Positions 17,226 to 25,563 of a stretch of 64,000 nucleotides of DNA are shown here, piece by piece. The stretch covers positions 3,019,205 to 3,083,204 of the forward strand of contig CBDIDS010000003.1 in assembly GCA_965277885.1 (NCBI GenBank), in the 5' to 3' direction. The DNA is from Capsulimonadaceae bacterium. Lineage in GTDB: Bacteria > Armatimonadota > Armatimonadia > Armatimonadales > Capsulimonadaceae. Made by a program: the position numbers and the translations under genes. How positions within the stretch are numbered: the stretch's first letter is position 1; the number at the start of each line of letters is the position of its first letter. The notes under the pieces were generated by a model. That model did no database searches. It was not told the DNA's origin and saw only the letters and a program-made list of their open reading frames with translations.

Positions 17226-19274
17226 ATGACCGAACCCATTCATTACAAACTCGGACGCTCCGGCCTGTGGGCCGCGTTTCTTCCGGTGCAGGACGGCCTG
17301 CGTCCGACCTGGCAGCTTGCGGTGTCTGCGCGAAACCGGGGCGGCACCAAAGTTCTGGCCCCGCTGCTGGAAACGTCGGTGCTGCGGCCTCTCGCGACGG
17401 TGCGGGTCAAAGGGGAAGCGTACCCGCTGACCATTGACTGGCACGCGCTGGGACGCGGCGGGCGGCTGTGTCTGGGCGGGACACGAAAATTAGGCCAGGG
17501 CGGGGCGGACTTGGAATGGGAGATGCGCTGGCTGCCGGCGCCGAAAATGGACAGCGCGTTCACCGTAGAGATGCGCCTGCGGACGAACCCGCGCAGCGCG
17601 GGGTCGCTGAAGATTGATCTGCCGTCGGCCCTGCATCAGCCCGAAGTGTGGCGGCTGGAGGCGGCGCGGATGTCCGGCCACGCGGCGCTGTGCGCCTTCT
17701 CCCCGTATCACAACTATGGGTCCGGCCTGGTCGCCCTGGCCGGGGACGCCGAATGGGCGGACAGCGGCGGCTGGACCCTGGAGCTGCCGTCGTTCTCGCT
17801 CGGCGGCGGCAAGCTGGTGACGTTCGGCCTGTGCTTTGGGGCGGCCAAAACAAGCGGCGACGCGCGGGCGTCGCTGGTCACGCAGTACGCGGCGTTTGCC
17901 GAAGCCATGCTGCACCCGCTGGAAAACATTTCCGCGCTTGACCCGGCTGAAGCTGTCGCGACGCTGTCCGCGCCGGAATCGCATCACGCTGTCGGCATGG
18001 AGCGGCTGTATCTGAAAACGCCGACTGAAAATACGTTCTGCGGGGCCGGGCCATTGGAGCCTGCCGGAGCGCTGGCCGCGTTGTGGGACTGGAACCGGCT
18101 GCACGCCGCGCCGGGCATCCCGCGCCTGGTCCGGTTCGGCGCTCACGGCCTGTGCGCCGACTTTCAGGTCATGGGCCGGGCGGGCGAGCCGGAGCCGAAC
18201 AAAGGCGCGTTCTGGGACTGTCTGGCCCAGGGAGAAGGCACGGATTTCGCGGGCGGGCAGACCTTCGGCTTGGCCGCCAATGCCCGGCTGGCCCGGTCGC
18301 TGTTTCGCTTGTTTGAGGTGTCCGGCGAGCCGCTGCTGCGGCAGTCGGCGATCAATATCAGCCACTGGCTGCTCTTGAAGCAGAACGAGCGCGGCTTCTA
18401 CGACGGCGCACGGGTCCACGCGACGCGGGGCTTAGAAACCGATGGGCGTGCTTTGCCGTCGCCGTGCGCTTTAGACGGCGCGGAGGCCATTCGGGCATTT
18501 ACAGCGGCCTACGGCGTGACGGGCAACGAAGTCTGGATCAAGGCCGCCTGGCGCATCGCGGATTTTCTCATTCAGCGCCGCCTGCGCGACTTCGACGCGC
18601 AATCGCCCACGGCCATCGCAGGCGTCCTCGCTTCACTGATGGCGCTGGACGCCGAAGCGCCGAACCCTCGCCTGCGGGCGGCGATTGCCGAGTGGGGCGC
18701 TTGGCTTCTCACCCACCCGCTGCCTGCCGCCCTGCCGTCCATGAATGCCGACGGCCTGCATTCCGGCTTATTTGAGTGCGCTCAGATCGGCTTCCGCCTC
18801 TTTGCCCTGCTGCAAAACCCGGCCTATTTACGCTATGCGTTCGCGGCGTTAAGCGCCGTGCCGGACACGTCCCGCGCGGCGTCCTGGCGGACAATCGCCG
18901 CCCATCAGTCTGCGCTTTTGTCCCTGGCCGCGCTGCTGCCGGACTCGAAAATCAGCTTCGACGCGCCGAGCGTGACGCTGGACTGGCGCGTCTTCACCCC
19001 CGACCCCGCCGCCGCGCCGTTTCTGCGCCTGCAAGCAGCGGGCGGCGCGGATGCCCGCGTGGACTGGCTGCCGCTGGTCTGCCGCGCCACCGACCAGCTT
19101 CTCCTGCTTGTCATCGCCCCGCCGACCGTCGATGCCGTGTCGGTCTGGAAAAACAGCAAGCGCCCGCTCCTGCGCGACCTGCGGACAGGACTTGTAGACA
19201 CGGACGCTCCGTTAGCTTTTGTTTCCGGCAAAGAGCGCTGGGCGCGGGCGGGCCTGTTCACGGTAGACCCGTAA
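17226..19274 (+). CDS. Large hypothetical protein (682 aa); the C-terminal half could be an alpha/alpha-toroid-like fold
   Basis: Long protein-like ORF starting MTEPIHYKLGRSG. The 5' extension of the track ORF (from 16836) overlaps the HDOD gene and is Arg/Pro-rich, so it is rejected. No motif recognised. Confidence 0.6.
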   Translation: MTEPIHYKLGRSGLWAAFLPVQDGLRPTWQLAVSARNRGGTKVLAPLLETSVLRPLATVRVKGEAYPLTIDWHALGRGGRLCLGGTRKLGQGGADLEWEMRWLPAPKMDSAFTVEMRLRTNPRSAGSLKIDLPSALHQPEVWRLEAARMSGHAALCAFSPYHNYGSGLVALAGDAEWADSGGWTLELPSFSLGGGKLVTFGLCFGAAKTSGDARASLVTQYAAFAEAMLHPLENISALDPAEAVATLSAPESHHAVGMERLYLKTPTENTFCGAGPLEPAGALAALWDWNRLHAAPGIPRLVRFGAHGLCADFQVMGRAGEPEPNKGAFWDCLAQGEGTDFAGGQTFGLAANARLARSLFRLFEVSGEPLLRQSAINISHWLLLKQNERGFYDGARVHATRGLETDGRALPSPCALDGAEAIRAFTAAYGVTGNEVWIKAAWRIADFLIQRRLRDFDAQSPTAIAGVLASLMALDAEAPNPRLRAAIAEWGAWLLTHPLPAALPSMNADGLHSGLFECAQIGFRLFALLQNPAYLRYAFAALSAVPDTSRAASWRTIAAHQSALLSLAALLPDSKISFDAPSVTLDWRVFTPDPAAAPFLRLQAAGGADARVDWLPLVCRATDQLLLLVIAPPTVDAVSVWKNSKRPLLRDLRTGLVDTDAPLAFVSGKERWARAGLFTVDP

Positions 19275-19282
19275 GCCGGCGC

Positions 19283-19426
19283 TCAGTTCGTGCCGCCGGG
19301 CGGGACATGGAATGGCACATCCAGCGGCGGAGCGGGGGGCGGCGCCGGTGGCTCCGGTGGGTTTTCTTCATCTTTATCTTTTTCCGGCTCCGGCACTTTT
19401 TCCGAGTCTTCCGAAGAGGTTGTCAT
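19283..19426 (-). CDS. Small acidic/Pro-rich protein (47 aa) ending VPFHVPPGGTN
   Basis: Not in the ORF track (under 60 aa). My translation is MTTSSEDSEKVPEPEKDKDEENPPEPPAPPPAPPLDVPFHVPPGGTN. SD AAAGGAGC lies 5-6 nt before ATG 19426. Confidence 0.5.
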   Translation of the reverse strand: MTTSSEDSEKVPEPEKDKDEENPPEPPAPPPAPPLDVPFHVPPGGTN

Positions 19427-19438
19427 GTGTAGCTCCTT

Positions 19439-19675
19439 TCATTGCGGGCCGCCGGGCGGGACGTGAAACGGCACGGTGACGCGCGGCGGCGACTTCACTT
19501 TTTTGACCGTCTCGATGGTATTGAAGCGGCGTCCGTGGGAACGCCGCCCATGATGCCGGGAGTGATGATGCCGCGTTGGGGCAGCGGACGCCGGCAGGGC
19601 TTGAAACGCGGTCAGCGCCAGCATGAGCGCCGAAAAGTGAAGCGTCAGCTTCGGCAGCAGGGGCTTTACCGTCAT
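19439..19675 (-). CDS. Small secreted His/Arg-rich protein (78 aa) ending VPFHVPPGGPQ
   Basis: Signal peptide ...ALPASA-AP. TRHHHSRHHGRRSHGRR. SD AAGGAG before ATG 19675. Confidence 0.6.
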   Translation of the reverse strand: MTVKPLLPKLTLHFSALMLALTAFQALPASAAPTRHHHSRHHGRRSHGRRFNTIETVKKVKSPPRVTVPFHVPPGGPQ

Positions 19676-19687
19676 AAAAGTTCTCCT

Positions 19688-19948
19688 TTATCCACCGCCG
19701 CCGGGCGGGGTGTGAATTGCCGTCAGGCGGTAACGCCGGGAGCGTCCGGCCCGATAACCGACGCGATAACCAGTCCGATAACCGGCGCGGTAGTCGGCAT
19801 TGTGGCGAAAACGGTGCTTGGCGGAGTGTCTGGCGGCACGGTGCATCGGCGCGGCGGATGCCGGCGGGAGGGGAAGGACGGCGAGCGCAAACAGCAGCGC
19901 CAGCCAGCACGCTAGCTTTGGTAAGAAGGTCATGCGGAACAGTTTCAT
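19688..19948 (-). CDS. Small secreted basic protein (86 aa) with YR(A/T/V)G repeats, ending AIHTPPGGGG
   Basis: Signal peptide ...LPPASA-AP. DYRAGYRTGYRVGYRAG. SD AAGGAGAA before ATG 19948. Confidence 0.6.
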   Translation of the reverse strand: MKLFRMTFLPKLACWLALLFALAVLPLPPASAAPMHRAARHSAKHRFRHNADYRAGYRTGYRVGYRAGRSRRYRLTAIHTPPGGGG

Positions 19949-19964
19949 GCGGTTCTCCTTTTCT

Positions 19965-22625
19965 CTACGTTAGCCCGTCATAATTGTCCAGAACATATTG
20001 AATGCTTTGCGAGGCGTCTATCCGAGCCCCCTGCGCCCAAAACAGGGCGAACTGCTCCTCGCCGAGCGCCGCACGGCTTTGGGCGAGCGTTGCCCAGGGG
20101 TCGAAACCGAGGCCGAGCGTGACCATTTCTCCTTCCCGCGCCGCCTCGGAAGCGGCTTGAAGGATGCAGACTTCAGCGTGTCTGCCTTCCACCCCGGCGA
20201 TTTCCGCAAGCTGCGTCAGCGTAGTAGCAGTCTGCTGCTTGCTGCGAAGCGTCCGCTGCGCTTCCAGGCTGTCCCGGAAATAGGGCTTGGCCTGTGCGTA
20301 CTGCCCCTGCTGGAAGAGCAGATCGCCTAAATTGTGCAGCGTCGCCGCGCTCCCGGCGGCGTCGTACAACTCCCGGTATTCTGCCAGCGCCCGGCGGTAC
20401 AGGTCTTCCGCCCCGGCGTAGTCGCCCTGCCCCAGCGCCAGAACTCCCATGCTGTTGAGCATCCGGGCGCTGTTGGCGCGGTCCCCCAGCCCCCGGTACT
20501 GGCCGAGGCTTTCCTGCCCATATCGCTCGGCCTCGGCATACTGCTTTTGCCCCTCGGCAACGATGCACAGGTTGCCGAGGGCGCGGGCGATGCCGTGCGG
20601 ATTTTCGCAGCGCTGCTGAAGCGCCAAATCCCGCAGGTGGTACGCACGGGCTGTATCGTAGTCTCCGCAGCACCAGGCCAGCATGCCTGCCCCGCTAAGA
20701 ACCTTCCCCAGAACCGCGTCTTCGCTGCTGATCTCCGCAAGGGCCGCTTCCAGCCGGCTTCGGCCTTCGGACAGGTAAGAGCGCCCGTACCAGAAGCGGG
20801 ACAATGCCCCGGCGAGGCGCGGCAGGGTGCCGTCGCGTATCTCCTGAGCAAACGCCAGCGCGGCCCGCAGGTTTTCCATGTCGCATTCCAGCGTGTTCAG
20901 CCACAGCACCTGGCTTGCCCCCAGCAAATTGGGCTCGGCTTCTTCGGCGAGGCTTACAAAGAAGTCGCGGTGCTTTCGGCGCAGGCCGTCCCGCTCGTCC
21001 GGCGATTCCGCCAGCTTGCCGGCGGTATACGAATGGATGCTTTGGAGCAGGCGGTAGCGTACCGGGCCGCCGTCCGGCGTCTCGACCACGATCAGCGACT
21101 TTGCCGCGAGGTGGGACAGCCCTTCCAAAACTTCCCAGTCTTCGACTTCCCCCCCCGCGCAGACCGCTTCGGCAGCGCCTAATGACCAGTCGCCATGGAA
21201 CACCGACAAGCGCCGCAGCAAACACTGCTCGGCGGGCGACAGCAGCTCATACGACCAGTCTACCAGCGCTCTTAATGTCTGCTGACGCGGCAGCGCCGTC
21301 CGTGAGCCGCCGGTCAGGAGCCGGAAGCGGTCGTTGAGGCGCCCGTCAATCTGCTCCGGGGTCAAGACTTTGACCCGCGCCGCCGCAAGCTCTAACGCCA
21401 GCGGGATGCCGTCGAGCCGGGTGCAGACCGACGCCACGGCGGCGGCGTTGCCGCTGCTCAGCCGGAACTGGGGAAGGGCGGCGGTCGCCCGCTCGACAAA
21501 CAGGCGCACCGAGTCGCAGCCGCCCAGCGCTTCGAGCGTCCGGGCATCGCCGGGCGGCGGCAGGCCGAGCGGCGGCAGGGGCAGGACCGCCTCGCCGCCG
21601 ATGCCTAAAGCTTCCCGGCTGGTCGCCAGTACGGACAGCTTGGGACAGGACTTCAGAAGCGCTTCGGTCAAACGGGCCACGGCGTCAATCAGATGCTCGC
21701 AGTTGTCTAAAATTAAAAGCAGCGGCTGCGGGCGCAGGGCCTCCAGCAGCGTTTGGCGCAGCCGCCCGGCATCTTCCCGCAGGCCGAGGACGCCTGCGAT
21801 TTCCTGCTCAATAAGCTCCGGGTCGGACAGCGCGGCCATCTCCACCAGCCAGGTTCCGCCGGGATAGTCCTCCCGCACGTCGGCGGCAAGCTGCAATGCC
21901 AGCCGGGTCTTGCCCGTTCCGCCCGTCCCCACAAGCGTCACCAGCCGCGCCGCCGCCAGCTTTTCCCGCGCCGCCGCCCGCTCGGCGTCCCGCCCGATAA
22001 AGGAAGTCAGCGCGGCGGGCAGGTTGTGCGGGAACAGGTCGGGCAGGCGCAGCGGGGGGAACCCGGCGGGCAGGCCGGGCGCAGACAATTCCCAAATCTC
22101 CGACGCCTGCGTGAAGCCTTTAAGCGCGTGCTGTCCTAAAAATCGCAGGGAAACGCCGGGCGGCAGCGCGTCCGGCGCCAGTTTCGCCGCCGTGTCCGAC
22201 AGCAGGGTCTGGCCGCCGTGCGCCGCCGCCAGCAGCCGGGCGGTCCGGCTCAGAGCCGCGCCGAAATAGTCGCCGTCCCGCCGCTCCGCCGGCCCGGTGT
22301 GCAGGGCCAGCCGCACTCGGAGCGCCCCGCTGTTGTCCAGTCCCCAGGAGGCCGCCGCCAGCGCGGTTTGGGCGGAAACCGCGGCTTGGAAGGCATCACC
22401 GGGAGAATGAAACGCGGCGTGGAACGCATCCCCGACTGTTTTAAAGATTTCGCCCCCGGCGTCTTCAATCGCCTGCCGCACGAGCGCGTCATGCCGTGCC
22501 AGCGCCCCCGACATGGCATCGGGCTGCGCTTCCCACAACGGCGTACTGCCTTCGATGTCGGAAAACAAAAATGTCAGCGTCGCAGTTGTCTCAGCGTCCG
22601 GCATGGGTGACTTGTTCGGTTTCAT
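19965..22625 (-). CDS. Class III adenylate/guanylate cyclase domain fused to a STAND (NB-ARC-like) ATPase and TPR repeats
   Basis: LTFLFSDIEGSTPLWE...FKTVGDAFHAAF...LHTGPAERRDGDYFG (cyclase). LVTLVGTGGTGKTRLALQLA (P-loop). LLILDNCEHL. C-terminal TPR-like repeats (LGNL..., LNSMGVLAL..., LHNLGDLLF...). Confidence 0.9.
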   Translation of the reverse strand: MKPNKSPMPDAETTATLTFLFSDIEGSTPLWEAQPDAMSGALARHDALVRQAIEDAGGEIFKTVGDAFHAAFHSPGDAFQAAVSAQTALAAASWGLDNSGALRVRLALHTGPAERRDGDYFGAALSRTARLLAAAHGGQTLLSDTAAKLAPDALPPGVSLRFLGQHALKGFTQASEIWELSAPGLPAGFPPLRLPDLFPHNLPAALTSFIGRDAERAAAREKLAAARLVTLVGTGGTGKTRLALQLAADVREDYPGGTWLVEMAALSDPELIEQEIAGVLGLREDAGRLRQTLLEALRPQPLLLILDNCEHLIDAVARLTEALLKSCPKLSVLATSREALGIGGEAVLPLPPLGLPPPGDARTLEALGGCDSVRLFVERATAALPQFRLSSGNAAAVASVCTRLDGIPLALELAAARVKVLTPEQIDGRLNDRFRLLTGGSRTALPRQQTLRALVDWSYELLSPAEQCLLRRLSVFHGDWSLGAAEAVCAGGEVEDWEVLEGLSHLAAKSLIVVETPDGGPVRYRLLQSIHSYTAGKLAESPDERDGLRRKHRDFFVSLAEEAEPNLLGASQVLWLNTLECDMENLRAALAFAQEIRDGTLPRLAGALSRFWYGRSYLSEGRSRLEAALAEISSEDAVLGKVLSGAGMLAWCCGDYDTARAYHLRDLALQQRCENPHGIARALGNLCIVAEGQKQYAEAERYGQESLGQYRGLGDRANSARMLNSMGVLALGQGDYAGAEDLYRRALAEYRELYDAAGSAATLHNLGDLLFQQGQYAQAKPYFRDSLEAQRTLRSKQQTATTLTQLAEIAGVEGRHAEVCILQAASEAAREGEMVTLGLGFDPWATLAQSRAALGEEQFALFWAQGARIDASQSIQYVLDNYDGLT

Positions 22626-23236
22626 TTATTCGGCAGGGGCGGCAGGCCCGCCCGGCCCAGGCACCAGTCTAAGACCCAGGGCCATTCGCCGTAGCCGTAG
22701 TAGGGGGAGATATGCCCGCTGTTCGGCAGCTTTTGGAGGTCTAATCCCAGCCCGGCCGCATACGCCGCCGACTGGTCAAACGTCGCGTAATCGTCGGTAT
22801 CCGACGCGATCAAAACCGTTTCGCGCCCAACGGCTTTAAGACCTGCCGGGGACAAAACCGGCGGAAAGAACGCCGCCGTTCCCACTAAATCCAGCGGCAG
22901 GATTTCCGGCACGACATACGGCGGCGCGACCAGCAGCACCCGCGCCGCGACCGGGCCGGGCCGCTGAAAGCCCGCGTCCTGGGACATTGCCGCATGGCGC
23001 ATCCAGTTGACTGCCCCCATCGAGTGCGTCAGCACCGTCAAATCGGCGTCTTTAGGGACCGTGCCCAGCGCTTTGTGAATGAGCGCCATCCAGGCGTCCG
23101 GGTCCGGGTTTGTCGGGTCGGCCATCTTCGGCGCGAGGACCGTGTGGCCCGCCGCCGTCAGCTTGCCCGCCAGCCACTCCTGCCAGTGCGCGGGCTTGCT
23201 GCCGCCCCAGCCATGCAGGATGAGAAAGTCTGCCAT
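22622..23236 (-). CDS. Alpha/beta-hydrolase, YdeN/RBBP9-like serine hydrolase
   Basis: FLILHGWGGS, nucleophile elbow THSMGA, ~200 aa. Its stop overlaps the cyclase start (ATGA, 22622-22625). Confidence 0.75.
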   Translation of the reverse strand: MADFLILHGWGGSKPAHWQEWLAGKLTAAGHTVLAPKMADPTNPDPDAWMALIHKALGTVPKDADLTVLTHSMGAVNWMRHAAMSQDAGFQRPGPVAARVLLVAPPYVVPEILPLDLVGTAAFFPPVLSPAGLKAVGRETVLIASDTDDYATFDQSAAYAAGLGLDLQKLPNSGHISPYYGYGEWPWVLDWCLGRAGLPPLPNK

Positions 23237-23323
23237 AATTTGTCTCCGTCTAAAGTTGCTGCCGTGCCGTCATTCTGACAGTTAAGCGCACGTTTGTCAA
23301 GAATTGGCAGGTGTGGGGAGTGT

Positions 23324-23748
23324 CTAATTTAGCGCAGGTAAAAAGTCAACCAAGTGAGCTTTGAGTTTCGGGTATTGCCGTACAAATATCTGCCGCGCGT
23401 TGTAACAAAAAACGAACAGCTTGACCTGACGCGCTAAAGCGTCCAGGCGACGCGAGAAACACCGGCTCTTGCGGCCAAGACGCGCCAGGTAATGACGCAG
23501 ATCCGCATTGTCTCCCTCCACGCTGTACGTCTCGCTCTTGCCCGGCGCGACCGCGTGCTGGCCGTGCGGGTAGAGCAGGGACTTGTACGCCTCGTAACCG
23601 TCGCTGAAGTAGCGCTCTGGCTGCAAAGGAGCCGTCTGGTCTACCAGTGGCTGAAGTGTGTCCTGGTCGCGCGTGAGGCTGACGGTCCAGGCCAGAACGC
23701 AGCGGGTGTCCCGATCTACCGCTGTGCAGACATACGCGAAGTTTTTTT
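23324..23748 (-). CDS. IS1-family transposase catalytic frame (InsB-like), reached by a -1 frameshift on AAAAAAAC (T7 at 23742-23748 on the + strand)
   Basis: The -1 frame after QKK reads NFAYVCTAVDRDTRCVLAWTVSLTRDQDTLQPLVDQTAPLQPERYFSDGYEAYKSL...NADLRHYLARLGRKSRCFSR. Confidence 0.75.
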
Positions 23749-24096
23749 CTGCGTGAGGAACGTGTATAGCTCGTCCATCTCGACGGTTTGGGCCTGGGCG
23801 GGCGTCGGGCGCGTGGGCAGCGCGTCGCAGGCGTCCTTGACCCAGTTGACGACGGTTTGCGGGGACACGCCGATGAGTCGGGCGGTGCGCCGGAAGTTGA
23901 TGCCGTCCACATACATCCGCAGAGCGGCCCGACGCACTTGGGGCGAATAGCCTTTCTTTTTGGGCTGGGGGGTGTAGAAGCGTCGGCAGTGCTGGCAGTG
24001 GAGGCGCTGGGTGCCGCAGCGGTTGAAGCCGGCACGGGTTTGGCGGGTGGTAGCGGCGCAGGCAGGGCAGGAAGAGACAGGAGAAAGTGTAGTCAT
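23716..24096 (-). CDS. IS1-family InsA-like protein (zinc finger plus HTH)
   Basis: CPACAATT...CQHCRRFYT. LRMYVDGINFRRTARLIGVSPQTVVNWV. Confidence 0.85.
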   Translation of the reverse strand: MTTLSPVSSCPACAATTRQTRAGFNRCGTQRLHCQHCRRFYTPQPKKKGYSPQVRRAALRMYVDGINFRRTARLIGVSPQTVVNWVKDACDALPTRPTPAQAQTVEMDELYTFLTQKKTSRMSAQR

Positions 24097-24142
24097 GCTA
24101 ACAGTATCGGCAATTCCTGCGCCAAACTAGACACTCCCCAGG

Positions 24143-24158
24143 TGTGACTTCTATCACA
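24143..24158. promoter_or_regulatory. Perfect CRP/FNR-family-type palindrome TGTGA-N6-TCACA
   Basis: tgtgacttctatcaca read directly, 3 nt from the IS1 right end and ~57 nt upstream of ATG 24215. A second tgtgacttc half-site lies at 24166-24174. Confidence 0.5.
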
Positions 24159-24214
24159 CCCGCCCTGTGACTTCCCGCCCCGCGCCCGCCCCGCCGTTCG
24201 GCTACACTCCGGCC

Positions 24215-24430
24215 ATGACACACGCATGCCCCCAAACATTCACGCTGACCCCGCTCGAACGCGCCCTGCTCCGCCGCCTCCTCACCGGCTGGAACACCGA
24301 AGACGCCGCCCGCGCCGTCGGCCTTTCCCTGCCCGTCGCCCAGACCGCCCTCCAAGCGCTCCAAGCCCGCGCCGGAGCCGACGGCCTGCCCCGCCTCCTC
24401 ACCCTCGCCCTCCTCCACTCCTGGGTGTAA
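24215..24430 (+). CDS. Small LuxR/GerE-type HTH protein (solo DNA-binding domain)
   Basis: LTPLERALLRRLLTGWNTEDAARAVGLSLPVAQTALQALQARAG. The alternative GTG start at 24167 is given in the track. Confidence 0.55.
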   Translation: MTHACPQTFTLTPLERALLRRLLTGWNTEDAARAVGLSLPVAQTALQALQARAGADGLPRLLTLALLHSWV

Positions 24431-24459
24431 GTGCCTGGGTCTCAGCGAAAGACGCCAAA

Positions 24460-24496
24460 CAAAAAAACGCCCGGCCTCATCACCGAGACCGGGCGT
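24460..24496 (-). terminator. Rho-independent terminator after the TPR gene (partly bidirectional)
   Basis: Stem acgcccgg (24467-24474) / ccgggcgt (24489-24496). On the minus strand it is followed by T7 (A7 at 24461-24467). Confidence 0.7.
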
Positions 24497-24506
24497 TTCC
24501 TGCTGT

Positions 24507-25433
24507 CTACCGCAAGCCGCGCAGTTCTTCACCGGCTGCTTTTTCGACATCCTCGTCGTCTGCCAGCGCGGCCTTCTGCAAGGCGGCTTTGGCCTGCGGG
24601 GCATCTGCCAGCCGGGTTTTGCTTTGCAGGTCCAGCTGCTTCCAGCCGTAGGCGTAGTAGAAGTTCGTCACCGCCGCGTCCGGCGCAAGTTTTCGTGCCT
24701 GCTCAAACTCGCTCATCGCCAGCTCACGGTCATTGCCGGTGTCGTTGACCAGCAAGCCGAGTGCGATATGCGCGGCGGCCTGCATCTCGACGGGCGAGGG
24801 CAGTCTGCCCTCGAAAGAGCGGCTGATTTCAGGATGGGCGGTGTCCGGCGCGTGGCGCACGGCCTCTGAGTACACGGAGAACGCTTTGCTGTTCTGCCCT
24901 GTCTGACTGAGCAGCAGGGCGTATTTCATCCACGCAACGGCATCCGTCGGTCCGCAGCAGCCGCGCAGGTTGGAGGGATTGCCGATTGATCGGCTGAACG
25001 CGGCTCCTTCCGGCCCTGTGTTCAGCGGCCAGTAGACCACCGTTTTGTAGACCGAAAGGGCTTCTGTTGTTTTGCCCTGACCGGCGAGGGCCTCGCCCAG
25101 TCCGTAGTAGTAGTTCGGAATATCCGACTGCATCTGAACAAGCTCCCGGTAATCGGCTTCGGCGAGAACAAAGTTTTTGTTGTGCAGGGCTTCCTGCCCT
25201 GCACGGTTTAGCTCATTTATCTTTGCCGTTCCTGCGTTTACACGGTCCTGCTCTTGCGGGGTGATGGTGAAGCCTCCGCTTCCTCGGCGTATGCCGCTCA
25301 ACCTCTTTGCGATCTCCGCAGCGGACAAGGGAGGGCGGGAAGCCGCAGCGCCGGCCCCAGAGGTTGCTTGCGCGGCGGCTGACAAGGCTGAGATCAGGAA
25401 GACCAGAGATAAGCAAACGGTGTTTGGTTTCAT
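24507..25433 (-). CDS. Secreted TPR-repeat protein
   Basis: Signal peptide MKPNTVCLSLVFLISALSAAAQA. Repeated A-x-x-x-Y/F...A TPR-like helices (ALHNKNFVLAEADYRELV, YYYGLGEALAGQGKTTEAL, and others). Confidence 0.75.
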   Translation of the reverse strand: MKPNTVCLSLVFLISALSAAAQATSGAGAAASRPPLSAAEIAKRLSGIRRGSGGFTITPQEQDRVNAGTAKINELNRAGQEALHNKNFVLAEADYRELVQMQSDIPNYYYGLGEALAGQGKTTEALSVYKTVVYWPLNTGPEGAAFSRSIGNPSNLRGCCGPTDAVAWMKYALLLSQTGQNSKAFSVYSEAVRHAPDTAHPEISRSFEGRLPSPVEMQAAAHIALGLLVNDTGNDRELAMSEFEQARKLAPDAAVTNFYYAYGWKQLDLQSKTRLADAPQAKAALQKAALADDEDVEKAAGEELRGLR

Positions 25434-25461
25434 AAGTTGCGTCTCCTGAGCGGGATTTCAT

Positions 25462-25512
25462 GAATTCTGGGGAACCTGAAAAGATGCCCTCTCATCCGGT
25501 TCCCCAAAATTC
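25462..25512. repeat. Short degenerate family-B-like inverted repeat
   Basis: gaattctggggaacc ... ggttccccaaaattc. Confidence 0.45.
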
Positions 25513-25563
25513 AGGCTTGAGAGGAAGGGACTAGGGGGCAAGGCAGGGCTTTCCGAAAGTTTC

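Larger units (their letters stand above)
23314..24140 (-). mobile_element. IS1-family insertion sequence, apparently intact
   Basis: 25-bp terminal inverted repeats tggggagtgtcta(a/g)ttt(a/g)gcgcagg at 23314-23338 and 24116-24140 (23/25 match). InsA-like and InsB-like frames are joined by an A7C slippery run. GGTG is present on both flanks. Confidence 0.85.
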
